From NCBI GenBank assembly GCA_039815055.1, contig JBCCAA010000026.1:1-32000 (forward strand): DNA of 32,000 bases, given 5' to 3'. The notes under the pieces were generated by a model. The model searched no databases and was not told the DNA's origin. It worked only from the letters and a program-made list of their open reading frames with translations. The translations under genes and the position numbers were made by a program. Each line of letters opens with the position of its first letter. The first letter of the stretch is position 1. Source of the DNA: Pseudomonadota bacterium (lineage in GTDB: Bacteria; Pseudomonadota; Alphaproteobacteria; Caulobacterales; Hyphomonadaceae). Shown here piece after piece: positions 1-8,627 of this stretch.

Positions 1-1
1 G

Positions 2-691
<690 letters not shown>

Positions 692-716
692 TTGTACTAT
701 TGGCATTCAAAGTGAT

Positions 717-740
717 GTAGGGCGGTCAAGACCGCCCTAC
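717..740. terminator. Perfect 10-bp GC-rich hairpin between convergent thiC and the small HTH gene
   Basis: GTAGGGCGGT-caag-ACCGCCCTAC, read directly. Neither strand has a U-tract, so it may be a stabiliser or bidirectional attenuator rather than a canonical intrinsic terminator. Confidence 0.5.
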
Positions 741-753
741 TCAATTCGGTTGG

Positions 754-945
754 TTAAGCGGCTTCCGTTGCAGCAGGCGGCACGTCGGGGTACCGTTTGC
801 CGTTAACAACTTCACAAACTCTGCCTTGGTTCACGCCAACCAAGGCGGCAATGGCATGTTGTGGAAGGTCGGTGTCTCGCCACAGCTGCTTAATCCTAGC
901 TGCAATTTCCGCAGTCAAAAATTTACTAGTGCGTTTTCTACTCAT
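754..945 (-). CDS. Small (63 aa) helix-turn-helix DNA-binding protein, Ner/Nlp-like in size and layout
   Basis: ORF MSRKRTSKFLTAEIAARIKQLW...LPQHAIAALVGVNQGRVCEVVNGKRYPDV. The segment 'HAIAALVGVNQGRVCEVVNG' reads as a helix-turn-helix. The gene lies in the AT-rich islet. Confidence 0.6.
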   Translation of the reverse strand: MSRKRTSKFLTAEIAARIKQLWRDTDLPQHAIAALVGVNQGRVCEVVNGKRYPDVPPAATEAA

Positions 946-1037
946 TTTTGAGGCTCTCTATGCTTGTTGCCTTGCTAAGTTCGACGCCTCTGGCTACCGG
1001 TTAGGTGCTACGCTTAAGGTGCATCGGCATCTTGAGT

Positions 1038-1064
1038 TTCAAACCCGGCAACTTTGGGTTTGAA
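1038..1064. repeat. 9-bp inverted repeat hairpin spanning the stop codon of the 1039-1527 gene
   Basis: TTCAAACCC-ggcaacttt-GGGTTTGAA, read directly. Confidence 0.5.
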
Positions 1065-1527
1065 GGAGTGGGCGGGCGTTTTGCCCGCTCATTTTTTTGA
1101 CGGCATTTGGCCGCCACGTTCGCTTTTTCTCGTCGAAATAGATCAGCCCATCGGATTTCAGACGGGTCAGATGACTTCGAATGGTGCTGGATGACAGGTT
1201 AGATTCGGCAGCTTCGATGTACCGAACAATTTGGCCAGTTGTCGGATCATTACAGCCAGCAGCGCTGTGGGCTACGACATGCAAAAGAGTTTGTAGTCGC
1301 TTGGCTGATCGACCTTTTTTGGCAAGACGATCAACGTCTAGACCGAGCTGAAGCACTGCATATTCGAGTGTCTTCAACTTGAGCGGCAGCTGATTTTCAG
1401 GCTTTTCTGGGCGCTTGCTAAACTGCATGCGCTTGATGGCCAGCAATACAATTTTCCGCTCGCGCAAAACAGCAAGCTGTTTGTCGATTTTCGCAATCTC
1501 AGCGTCTATTTCATGCTCATAGTTCAT
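1039..1527 (-). CDS. Winged-helix (MarR/ArsR-like fold) DNA-binding protein with an N-terminal coiled-coil-like segment
   Basis: The C-terminal segment TGQIVRYIEAAESNLSSSTIRSHLTRLKSDGLIYFDEKKRTWRP reads as HTH plus wing. I start the gene at ATG 1527 (MNYEHEIDAEI...) because the upstream 44 codons of the listed ORF run through very AT-rich palindromic DNA. No clear SD is present, so the start is uncertain. Confidence 0.55.
   Translation of the reverse strand: MNYEHEIDAEIAKIDKQLAVLRERKIVLLAIKRMQFSKRPEKPENQLPLKLKTLEYAVLQLGLDVDRLAKKGRSAKRLQTLLHVVAHSAAGCNDPTTGQIVRYIEAAESNLSSSTIRSHLTRLKSDGLIYFDEKKRTWRPNAVKKMSGQNARPLLQTQSCRV
1070..1098 (+). terminator. Rho-independent terminator on the plus strand with no annotated plus-strand gene to terminate
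   Basis: An 8-bp stem (G70-C77 pairs with G83-C90, one G-U), loop GTTTT, then a T7 run at 1092-1098. It lies inside the last ~20 codons of the minus-strand ORF. Confidence 0.55.
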
Positions 1528-1618
1528 AGATTCTGTATCAGATTTGCTGCAGCAATCGTCAAATCGGTGCAAAAAAATCAAAAAGTACATATTATTCAGT
1601 GTATTGACATGCTCCATA

Positions 1619-1651
1619 AATTGCGATAAGTCTTGTAGACTTATCGCAATT
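1619..1651. promoter_or_regulatory. Perfect 15-3-15 inverted repeat, candidate operator in the islet control region
   Basis: AATTGCGATAAGTCT-tgt-AGACTTATCGCAATT has no mismatch. It is flanked by the further palindromes TTGCTGCAGCAA (1544-1555) and AACAATTGTT (1663-1672), and by a plus-strand TTGACA at 1604-1609. Confidence 0.5.
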
Positions 1652-1705
1652 CGCAACAATCAAACAATTGTTCAATTGATGCCGCAGTTTGCACGGAACT
1701 GAAAT

Positions 1706-1996
1706 ATGCCCCTCACCAAAACCCTCACCACCACCCTCGCCCTACTCACCCTCGCCGCGTGCGGGGAGACCACCCCAATTTCCGGTGGGCCGTGCGCCTA
1801 TTAGACCAGCGTTGAGGCCGCCATAGGGGTGGCTGTGGACGGGGATGGCGCGCTGTTTGAGACCGCGGGCGGCGAGGTGTTTGTGAGCGCGGGCGACCTG
1901 CCCGCCCTGCCAGAGGTCGGCGAGACCCTGACCCTACAGATCGAGCGCATCCTTGAGGGCGCCTGCACGCCTGAGATTGTGACGGTGGTGGACTAG
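1706..1996 (+). pseudogene. Small lipoprotein gene interrupted by one in-frame amber codon (TAG 1802-1804)
   Basis: ATG 1706 encodes MPLTKTLTTTLALLTLAACGETTPISGGPCAY, a signal peptide with lipobox LAAC, followed by TAG. The same frame then continues for 63 codons (TSVEAAIGVAVDGDG...ILEGACTPEIVTVVD) with GC-rich third positions to TAG 1994-1996. It is absent from the ORF track because both halves are short. Confidence 0.55.
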
Positions 1997-2067
1997 GCGA
2001 GCCGCTTGGCGAACCCCAAGGCCCTGTTCTATAACCACAATCAGAGCAGACAGGGTGGGACCTTCAC

Positions 2068-2490
2068 ATGATCCGAAATTTGATAGCCGCCGCCGCGCTG
2101 GCCCTTTCACCCGCACTTACTGCCCCGGCCGCGGCCCAGTCGCTGCCGATCAATCCGGTGGGCCAGTGGCGCTGCATTTCCAATTCCCAGACCGTGTCCA
2201 TCGACATGATGTACAATGTCGGCCAGGGCGGGCAGCTCTCGGGCCAGGGGTCCATCGTCTATGCTGGCACATGGCGCAGCTTCAACGTGGCTGGCTATGG
2301 CCGCTGGCTCGCCGCGCCACCGGACCACACCTCAAACCAGTGGCTGCTGAGTTTCCAGATCCTGCCCCAGAACCATGCCTCATTTACAGTCTATGCGCGC
2401 CCGACCAATGATCCCAATGCGCTGTATAACAGCTTCTATAACCAGCAGACCGGCGGCACCACGGAGACCAGCTGCGCCCGCGTGCGCTGA
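2068..2490 (+). CDS. Secreted hypothetical protein (140 aa)
   Basis: Signal peptide MIRNLIAAAALALSPALTAPAAAQS. Codon usage looks coding. I recognise no family motif. Confidence 0.65.
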   Translation: MIRNLIAAAALALSPALTAPAAAQSLPINPVGQWRCISNSQTVSIDMMYNVGQGGQLSGQGSIVYAGTWRSFNVAGYGRWLAAPPDHTSNQWLLSFQILPQNHASFTVYARPTNDPNALYNSFYNQQTGGTTETSCARVR

Positions 2491-2997
2491 TCACGGCGCG
2501 GCGTGGGCCTTTCGCAACTCCTCGCACGTGCCTTCCGGCGCCTGGGAATCCATGGCGAAGATCACCCGCCAGTCGCCGTCCACTTTTGTGAGCGTCAGCG
2601 TGTTCACACCGCAGCCCGCAAGCTCCCCGCCCACGGAAATCACAAAGGGCGCCCAGACCGTGGCCAGATGGCCGAATTCTTCGGTGGTGACGTCGAACAG
2701 CTCCTCATGGGCGTGGCCGACCTCCAGCCCCGCCACCCAGTCGCGCCAGCGCTGGAACGCGTCGGGCCGCACCTCGCCATCTGCCGACACGCGGCGCAGC
2801 TCCGCCCCGGGTAGAAAGATCTGGTCCACCATCTCCCCGTCACCCTGGTACATGGCGCGTATCATGGAATAGACCGCCGCTTCCGGCGTGGAGAGGTCGA
2901 TCGGCGCGGTCATATCCAGGGGCTCGGCCACGCTGGCGCTGCCATAGGCGCAAGCGCCAAGGCACAGCGCCGCGATCATCGATGCGAGTCTCACCAC
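2491..2997 (-). CDS. Lipoprotein with an NTF2/SnoaL-like (DUF4440-like) fold
   Basis: Lipobox CLGAC. The pattern 'VYSMIRAMYQGD...ATVWAPFVISVGG...CGVNTLTLTKVDGDWRVIFAMDS' is typical of NTF2-like cone proteins. I chose GTG 2997, which sits 5 nt after a GGAGG (plus strand 3003-3007), over the listed ATG 3033. Confidence 0.6.
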   Translation of the reverse strand: MVRLASMIAALCLGACAYGSASVAEPLDMTAPIDLSTPEAAVYSMIRAMYQGDGEMVDQIFLPGAELRRVSADGEVRPDAFQRWRDWVAGLEVGHAHEELFDVTTEEFGHLATVWAPFVISVGGELAGCGVNTLTLTKVDGDWRVIFAMDSQAPEGTCEELRKAHAAP

Positions 2998-3089
2998 AGT
3001 TTCCTCCTTTGCTTCGCCAAACACCGCGACCATACTCTGAAGTCCATTCGGGGCGCTAACCAGCGAACGACCAGAGGGAGACTAAACCC

Positions 3090-3419
3090 ATGCGATCGCT
3101 TTTACTGGCTTTAACGCTGCTCGCCGCCTGCACGCCCGCCGAGCCGCCATCGGACCACGCAGAGCACCGCTTCGCCGACCGATATAGCGACTGGCCGGCC
3201 TATGAGGGGGTTGCGCTGTGGCAGCTCTATCGCACAGAGGTGGGCGGTGAGGGGGAAGTGCGCCTCGCCACCTTTGACAGCCTGGCCGGCAAACGCTTCA
3301 CACCGGGGTTCAACCAGAATGCCTGCGAGCGCGCCGCCGACGCCATGATGGCGTCAGATCCCTATGATCGTCGCCACTGGTGCGAGGTTTGGGAGCCCAG
3401 ACCGCGAAAAATTCCATGA
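3090..3419 (+). CDS. Small lipoprotein, hypothetical (109 aa)
   Basis: MRSLLLALTLLAACTP carries a lipobox. An upstream AGAGGGAG could serve as the RBS. Confidence 0.65.
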   Translation: MRSLLLALTLLAACTPAEPPSDHAEHRFADRYSDWPAYEGVALWQLYRTEVGGEGEVRLATFDSLAGKRFTPGFNQNACERAADAMMASDPYDRRHWCEVWEPRPRKIP

Positions 3420-3530
3420 AATTACAATGCTGATGTAAACCGTAACTCCATCTGTTTGTGCCAATCCGGGGCGTAGCGGATCGGGACATATCAGAGCCCG
3501 GCCGAAAACCACTATGAGGGTGATCCGGGC

Positions 3531-4985
3531 ATGGCAAAGACAGTTCTCGTCGTCGATGACGATCCGACACAACGCCGCCTCCTGCAGGCAGCTGTTGAGA
3601 AAGCAGGCTTTGCTTGCCGCACGGCGCCAGATGGCGAGAGCGGATTTGCCATGGCAAGCGACCCGAAAGACGGTGTCGATGTGGTGCTGCTCGATCTCGT
3701 GATGCCGGGTCTTTCGGGGATGGAAACGCTGGAGCGACTGTCTGAGCGACGGCCAGACTTGCCCGTGGTTGTACTCACCGCCACCGGCGGCATCGACACG
3801 GTGGTGCAGTCCATGCGCGGAGGCGCGATCGACTTTTTCGTCAAGCCCGCCAGCCCCGAGCGGATCATCGTGTCGATCCGCAATGCGCTGAAAATGACGT
3901 CTCTTTCTGGTGAAGTGAAGCGCCTGTCGCGCAAGGCCGAAGGTGGAATGGGCTTTGAGGACATGATCGCGGCCGCCCCAGCCATGCGCTCTGTCGTGAA
4001 AATGGGCCAGCGCGCCGCGGCCAGCGACATCCCGGTGTTGATCCTGGGTGAAAGCGGTGTTGGTAAAGAAGTGATTGCCCGGTGCATCCAGGGCGCCAGC
4101 GACCGCGCTGGCAAACCCTTCGTCACGGTGAACTGCGGCGCCATCCCGGCAAACCTGGTCGAGAGCATCCTGTTTGGCCACGAGAAGGGCGCGTTCACCG
4201 GCGCCGTGTCGAAATCGCTCGGCAAGTTCGTTGAGGCCGATGGCGGCACACTGTTCCTGGACGAGATCGGCGAGCTGCCGCTCGACATGCAGGTCAAGCT
4301 GCTGCGCGCTCTGCAAGAGGGCGAAGTGGACGCCGTGGGCTCGCGCCGCCCAACCAAAGTGGATGTGCGCATCATCTCAGCCACGAACCGGGATCTGGCC
4401 CAACAGGTCAAAGACGGCACCTTCCGCGAAGACCTGTTCTATCGCCTCAACGTGTTCCCGGTGGACGTGCCGAGCCTGCGCGAGCGCCGCGAAGATGTAC
4501 CGGCTCTGGTCGAGCATTTCATCACCCGCTTTAACGCCGCTGAAGGCACGAAGATTGTCGGCGCGCGCGACGAAACGCTGAAACTGCTGTGTGCCTTTGA
4601 TTGGCCGGGCAATGTCCGCCAGCTCGAAAACTCAGTGTTTCGCGCCGTTGTGCTGTGCGAGGGCGACTGGCTGCGACCGGAAGACTTTCCGCAGATTTCA
4701 GGCGTTATGCCCGATCTCGATCTATTGCCAGATACGCCAGACCTGCCGATCCCCGCCAATGATACGGGGTCTGGCCCATCTGTCGGTGGCCCGGTGTCTG
4801 TGTTCGATGCAGACGGCGAGATGCGGACCCTGGAAGAGGTGGAACGCGATCTGCTGGAATTGGCTATCGAGCATTATGACGGCCATATGAGCGAGATCAG
4901 CCGCCGCCTGGGCATCGGCCGCTCCACGCTCTATCGCAAGGTCCGCGAATATGACCTGGCCGTGCGCGAACGCGAGGTGGGTTAG
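3531..4985 (+). CDS. Sigma-54-dependent response regulator (REC + AAA+ + Fis-type HTH), TacA-like
   Basis: Receiver domain VLVVDDDPTQRRLL...VVLLDLVMPG. Walker A GESGVGKE. An intact GAFTGA loop (GHEKGAFTGA), which is the sigma-54 contact. C-terminal HTH ISRRLGIGRSTLYRKV. The N-terminal 'VDDDPTQRRL' and the length (484 aa) match my recollection of Caulobacter TacA, but orthology is not verified. Confidence 0.9.
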   Translation: MAKTVLVVDDDPTQRRLLQAAVEKAGFACRTAPDGESGFAMASDPKDGVDVVLLDLVMPGLSGMETLERLSERRPDLPVVVLTATGGIDTVVQSMRGGAIDFFVKPASPERIIVSIRNALKMTSLSGEVKRLSRKAEGGMGFEDMIAAAPAMRSVVKMGQRAAASDIPVLILGESGVGKEVIARCIQGASDRAGKPFVTVNCGAIPANLVESILFGHEKGAFTGAVSKSLGKFVEADGGTLFLDEIGELPLDMQVKLLRALQEGEVDAVGSRRPTKVDVRIISATNRDLAQQVKDGTFREDLFYRLNVFPVDVPSLRERREDVPALVEHFITRFNAAEGTKIVGARDETLKLLCAFDWPGNVRQLENSVFRAVVLCEGDWLRPEDFPQISGVMPDLDLLPDTPDLPIPANDTGSGPSVGGPVSVFDADGEMRTLEEVERDLLELAIEHYDGHMSEISRRLGIGRSTLYRKVREYDLAVREREVG

Positions 4986-5023
4986 GGGCTCGGGAGATAC
5001 ATGACCGTATCGATGGCAGGGCT

Positions 5024-5506
5024 TCAAAGCAGGCGTTGCCACCATCCGACGTCGCGCCATCCGCCCCGTTTCCAACCGACCTCCCGGTAGATCCCAACCG
5101 GCTGAAACCCCATGGCTTCATGGAAAGCCTCACTCGGTTCATTCGGACGTGCGATTCCAGCGAATGCGGCGTGAAAACCCTTAATTTTGGCTGTTTTCAG
5201 CAGGCGCTCATAGAGTTCGCGCCCCGCGCCCGTACGTGCGTTTGTTGGATCGACATAGACGGTAACGTCAACTGAGGAGGCATAAGCCGCGCGGATGCGA
5301 TGCGGGCTCGCATAGGCGAAACCGACAGTCCGATTTTCTGGATCTTCAGCCACCAACCAGACATGCGCATCTTGGATACGTTGTGCCATGTCTTTGGCGG
5401 TTGGTGGCTTCGTTTCGAAGCTGATCCACGTATCGAGAACGAACGGCGCATAGATTTCAGCGCATGTCTCCGCATCGCTTTCATCCGCATCTCTAATCGT
5501 CAGCAT
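5024..5506 (-). CDS. GNAT family N-acetyltransferase (phosphinothricin-acetyltransferase-like)
   Basis: MLTIRDADESDAETCAEIYAPFV...VDPTNARTGAGRELYERLL...EAMGFQPVG. I start at ATG 5506, because the listed 47-codon N-terminal extension would overlap metY. Confidence 0.8.
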   Translation of the reverse strand: MLTIRDADESDAETCAEIYAPFVLDTWISFETKPPTAKDMAQRIQDAHVWLVAEDPENRTVGFAYASPHRIRAAYASSVDVTVYVDPTNARTGAGRELYERLLKTAKIKGFHAAFAGIARPNEPSEAFHEAMGFQPVGIYREVGWKRGGWRDVGWWQRLL

Positions 5507-5534
5507 GCCAGTCTCGATATGTGGGCCGGTTGGG

Positions 5535-6842
5535 CTAGATGCCCGCCAGGGCCCGATCCAGGTCGGCGATGATGTCCTCAACATCTTCGATGCCGACGGA
5601 CAAGCGCACCACATCAGGTCCGGCGCCGGCAGCGACTTTTTGCTCATCGGAAAGCTGGCTGTGGGTGGTCGAGCTTGGGTGGATGATCAGGCTGCGTGTA
5701 TCGCCGATATTGGCCAGATGGCTGAACAGCTCTGCGCTGGCGACCACTTTTCGGCCCGCCGCATCACCGCCTTTCACGCCAAACGTGAACACCGCCCCGC
5801 CATGTCCGCCCATATAGGTCTGCGCGCGGCCATGGTGCGGGTCGCTGGTCAGGCCCGCATAGCGTACCCAATCGACCTTGCTGTGTCCTTGCAGGTGCTC
5901 GGCCACGGCCACGGCATTCTCGCAGTGTTTGGCCATACGCAGGGGCAAGGTTTCACACCCCGTCATGATCATGAAGGCGTTGAACGGCGACAGCGCCGGA
6001 CCGAGATCACGCAGGCTGAAGGCGCGCGCAGCAATGGCAAATGCGATGTCCACATTTGCGCCGTCTGGTCCCAGCGGCAGGGCACCGAACCCGTCGGCCA
6101 GCACCAGATCATTATAAAAGCTCAGCGGCTGGGTCATCGTCGGGAATTTGGCAGCTTGCGATTTCCAGTCGAACTTGCCGCCATCAATGATGATGCCGCC
6201 GATGGAGTTGCCATGCCCGCCGATGAACTTGGTCAGGCTTTCCACCACGATGTCGGCGCCATGTTCCAGCGGGCGACACAGGGCGGGCGAGGCCATGGTG
6301 TTGTCGACAATGAACGGAACGCCATGGCGTTTCGCGACGGCAGCAACGGCGGCCAGATCGGTGACCAGCCCGCCGGGATTGGCGAGGCTTTCGGCGAACA
6401 CCGCGCGCACATCCGGGCCCATGGCGCGCTCAAAGCTCTCGGGGTCGTCAATATCGGCCCATTCCACGCCCCAGCCGAACTTGGCAAAGCCATGGGCAAA
6501 CTGGTTCAGCGAGCCGCCATAGAGCTGTTTGGCCGCAACGATCTTGGTGCCCGGCTCCATCAGAACATGGAAGGCCAGCATCTGGGCGGCGTGTCCGGAT
6601 GCAACACCCACGCCCATGGTGCCGCCGTGAAGATTGGCGACGCGGGCCTCAAGGGCCGACACGGTTGGGTTGCCGATACGCGTATAAATGTCGCCAAATT
6701 CCTGTAGCGCGAAGAGTTTCGCGGCATGGTCGGCGTCCTTGAACACAAAGCTCGTCGTCTGGTGGATAGGCTGTGCGCGCGACCCTGTTACGGGATCGGG
6801 CGCGGCGCCGGCGTGGATAGCGCGAGTTGAAAAACCTGTCAT
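5535..6842 (-). CDS. metY: O-acetylhomoserine sulfhydrylase / aminocarboxypropyltransferase (PLP-dependent, Cys/Met metabolism family)
   Basis: TRAIHAG...YTRIGNPT...VDNTMASP...ESLTKFIGGHGNSIGG (PLP lysine context). A strong AGGAGG lies 7 nt upstream of ATG 6842. Confidence 0.9.
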   Translation of the reverse strand: MTGFSTRAIHAGAAPDPVTGSRAQPIHQTTSFVFKDADHAAKLFALQEFGDIYTRIGNPTVSALEARVANLHGGTMGVGVASGHAAQMLAFHVLMEPGTKIVAAKQLYGGSLNQFAHGFAKFGWGVEWADIDDPESFERAMGPDVRAVFAESLANPGGLVTDLAAVAAVAKRHGVPFIVDNTMASPALCRPLEHGADIVVESLTKFIGGHGNSIGGIIIDGGKFDWKSQAAKFPTMTQPLSFYNDLVLADGFGALPLGPDGANVDIAFAIAARAFSLRDLGPALSPFNAFMIMTGCETLPLRMAKHCENAVAVAEHLQGHSKVDWVRYAGLTSDPHHGRAQTYMGGHGGAVFTFGVKGGDAAGRKVVASAELFSHLANIGDTRSLIIHPSSTTHSQLSDEQKVAAGAGPDVVRLSVGIEDVEDIIADLDRALAGI

Positions 6843-6983
6843 CGTGAAGTCCTCCTTGATATCTGTCTGCAGTGCGTGCTGTTTTCGGGCTTTTTCAGCG
6901 CGTCTCTTGCACGTCGCGGCGTCTGTCTGAATAAGTGATACAGAACATATGGCGCAGCAAGCGCTAGTCGCGGGGAGTAGACC

Positions 6984-8552
6984 ATGATTGATCTGTCAAA
7001 CATCGGCTCGCTTGCCGATATCACCCGCGTCCAGGCGGGGTTGCGCGGCTCAGAAACTGCAATCTGGTTCGAGGGCCGAGAGACCAGCTATGCCGCGCTG
7101 AATGCCCGCGCGTCCCAGGTCGCCAATGGGTTGATCGCCGCTGGGGCCCAAACCCAGGACAGGATTGGCTATCTGGGTAAAAACACCGATTTCTTTTACG
7201 AGATCGCCTTTGGGTGCGCCAAGTCGCGTATGGCGATGACCGGTGTGAACTGGCGCCTGGCCGCGCCGGAACTGCAGTTCATCATTTCAGACGCAAGGAT
7301 ATCGGTGCTGTTTGTCGGCGCGGAGTTTTATGAAGTCGTCGCCCAGATCATGCATGAATGCCCGGATCTGAAGATGATTGTCGGCCTTGATCACAGTTGG
7401 GGCGCCTGGCCGGCTTATGGCGAGTGGCGCGATCAACAGAACGCTGCCGACCCGATGATCGCAATCGACCCAGAAGATGATGTAGTGCAGCTTTACACCT
7501 CCGGCACGACCGGACTGCCGAAAGGTGTGCAGCTCACACATCGCAACTATCTTGCGTTCTTTGCGGATGCCGGAAGTCTCGATTGGGCGAGTTATGGCGT
7601 GGGCGAAGCGGTCATGAACGCCATGCCATTGTTCCACGTGGCCGGTGTGAATACCGGATACCTCACCCTGGTTCAGGGCGCCAAAGCGGTACTCATTCGT
7701 GACATTGATCCCGGATTGATTTTGAGCCTGATTCCAGAACAGAAAATCGCCTACGCCTTCTGGGTCCCAGCCGTTATCCGACTGCTGCTGTCGATGCCCA
7801 ATGTGCGCGAGATCGACTATTCCAATCTCAAACAGGTTTTCTATGGCGCCTCGCCGATCGCCGAAGCGGTTCTTACCGCCGCGGTCGAAGTGATGGATGC
7901 CAAGTTCACCCAGCTCTATGGTCTAACGGAGACTGTCGGAGGAGGAACCTTCCTGCCACCCGATGCACACAACCCGGCCTGGGGCAAGCTGCGCTCGTGC
8001 GGTGTGCCTTGGCCGAGCGCCATTGTGAAAGTGGTCGATCAGGACGCGAATGAAGTCGCACAAGGCGATGTGGGTGAGATCGTTATCTCGGCAGACTTCG
8101 TTATGAAAGGGTATTGGAACCGTCCGGACGCAACAGCTGATGCGATCAAAAACGGTTTCTTCCACACCGGCGATGCAGGCTATTTTGACGAAGACGGTTT
8201 CTTGTTCATCCATGACCGGATCAAGGACATGATCGTGTCCGGCGGAGAGAATGTGTACCCGGCAGAAGTGGAAAACGCGATCTTCGGCCACCCGGATGTG
8301 GCGGATGTGGCGGTGATTGGCGTGCCGGACGAGCAATGGGGCGAGGCGGTGAAAGCCATCGTGGTGCCCAAGCCGGACACCCAACCCACGGCAGATGGCA
8401 TCATCGCCTGGTCGAAAGAGCGGATTGCCGGGTTTAAAACTCCGAAATCGGTTGATTTCACTGACGCCCTGCCGCGCAACCCGTCGGGAAAAGTGCTGCG
8501 CAAGGACCTGCGCGAGCCCTTTTGGGCCGGGCACGACCGCCGGGTGAGCTGA
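6984..8552 (+). CDS. AMP-dependent acyl-CoA synthetase/ligase (FadD-like)
   Basis: AMP-binding motif YTSGTTGLPKGV, plus YGLTET, GDAGYFDEDGFLFIHDRIKDMI and the C-terminal GKVLRKDLR. Confidence 0.9.
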   Translation: MIDLSNIGSLADITRVQAGLRGSETAIWFEGRETSYAALNARASQVANGLIAAGAQTQDRIGYLGKNTDFFYEIAFGCAKSRMAMTGVNWRLAAPELQFIISDARISVLFVGAEFYEVVAQIMHECPDLKMIVGLDHSWGAWPAYGEWRDQQNAADPMIAIDPEDDVVQLYTSGTTGLPKGVQLTHRNYLAFFADAGSLDWASYGVGEAVMNAMPLFHVAGVNTGYLTLVQGAKAVLIRDIDPGLILSLIPEQKIAYAFWVPAVIRLLLSMPNVREIDYSNLKQVFYGASPIAEAVLTAAVEVMDAKFTQLYGLTETVGGGTFLPPDAHNPAWGKLRSCGVPWPSAIVKVVDQDANEVAQGDVGEIVISADFVMKGYWNRPDATADAIKNGFFHTGDAGYFDEDGFLFIHDRIKDMIVSGGENVYPAEVENAIFGHPDVADVAVIGVPDEQWGEAVKAIVVPKPDTQPTADGIIAWSKERIAGFKTPKSVDFTDALPRNPSGKVLRKDLREPFWAGHDRRVS

Positions 8553-8627
8553 TTTCGGGTCGGCAGTAAGACTTCCTAAAAGCCGTTCATATAATCTGCC
8601 TTCAATTGACCCAATGGGAGGCGGGCC

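Noticed and set aside
797-1063. 88-aa plus-strand ORF ending just before the orphan terminator
   Set aside because: Its first two thirds are the antisense of a convincing HTH gene. Its composition is Cys/Leu-rich and junk-like, and it has no RBS. The terminator is reported separately as unexplained.
3354-4420. Long minus-strand ORFs (320 aa and 302 aa) opposite the sigma-54 activator gene
   Set aside because: They are antisense shadows typical of GC-rich DNA. Their sequences are low-complexity and Arg/Ala/Ser/Pro-rich, with no motifs, while the plus-strand gene has unambiguous bEBP motifs.
5505-6707. 400-aa plus-strand ORF opposite metY
   Set aside because: It is an antisense shadow of a clearly recognisable PLP enzyme gene. 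It has no RBS and junk-like composition.
6843-6983. Possible SAM riboswitch (SAM-II-like 'GCGCUGAAAAAGCC' segment) in the metY leader
   Set aside because: I could only find a short AAAAAGC-type word and a generic GTGC...GCAC hairpin. The pairing partners are about 70 nt apart, which does not fit the compact ~50-nt SAM-II pseudoknot. An Rfam/Infernal scan would be needed, so I do not call it.
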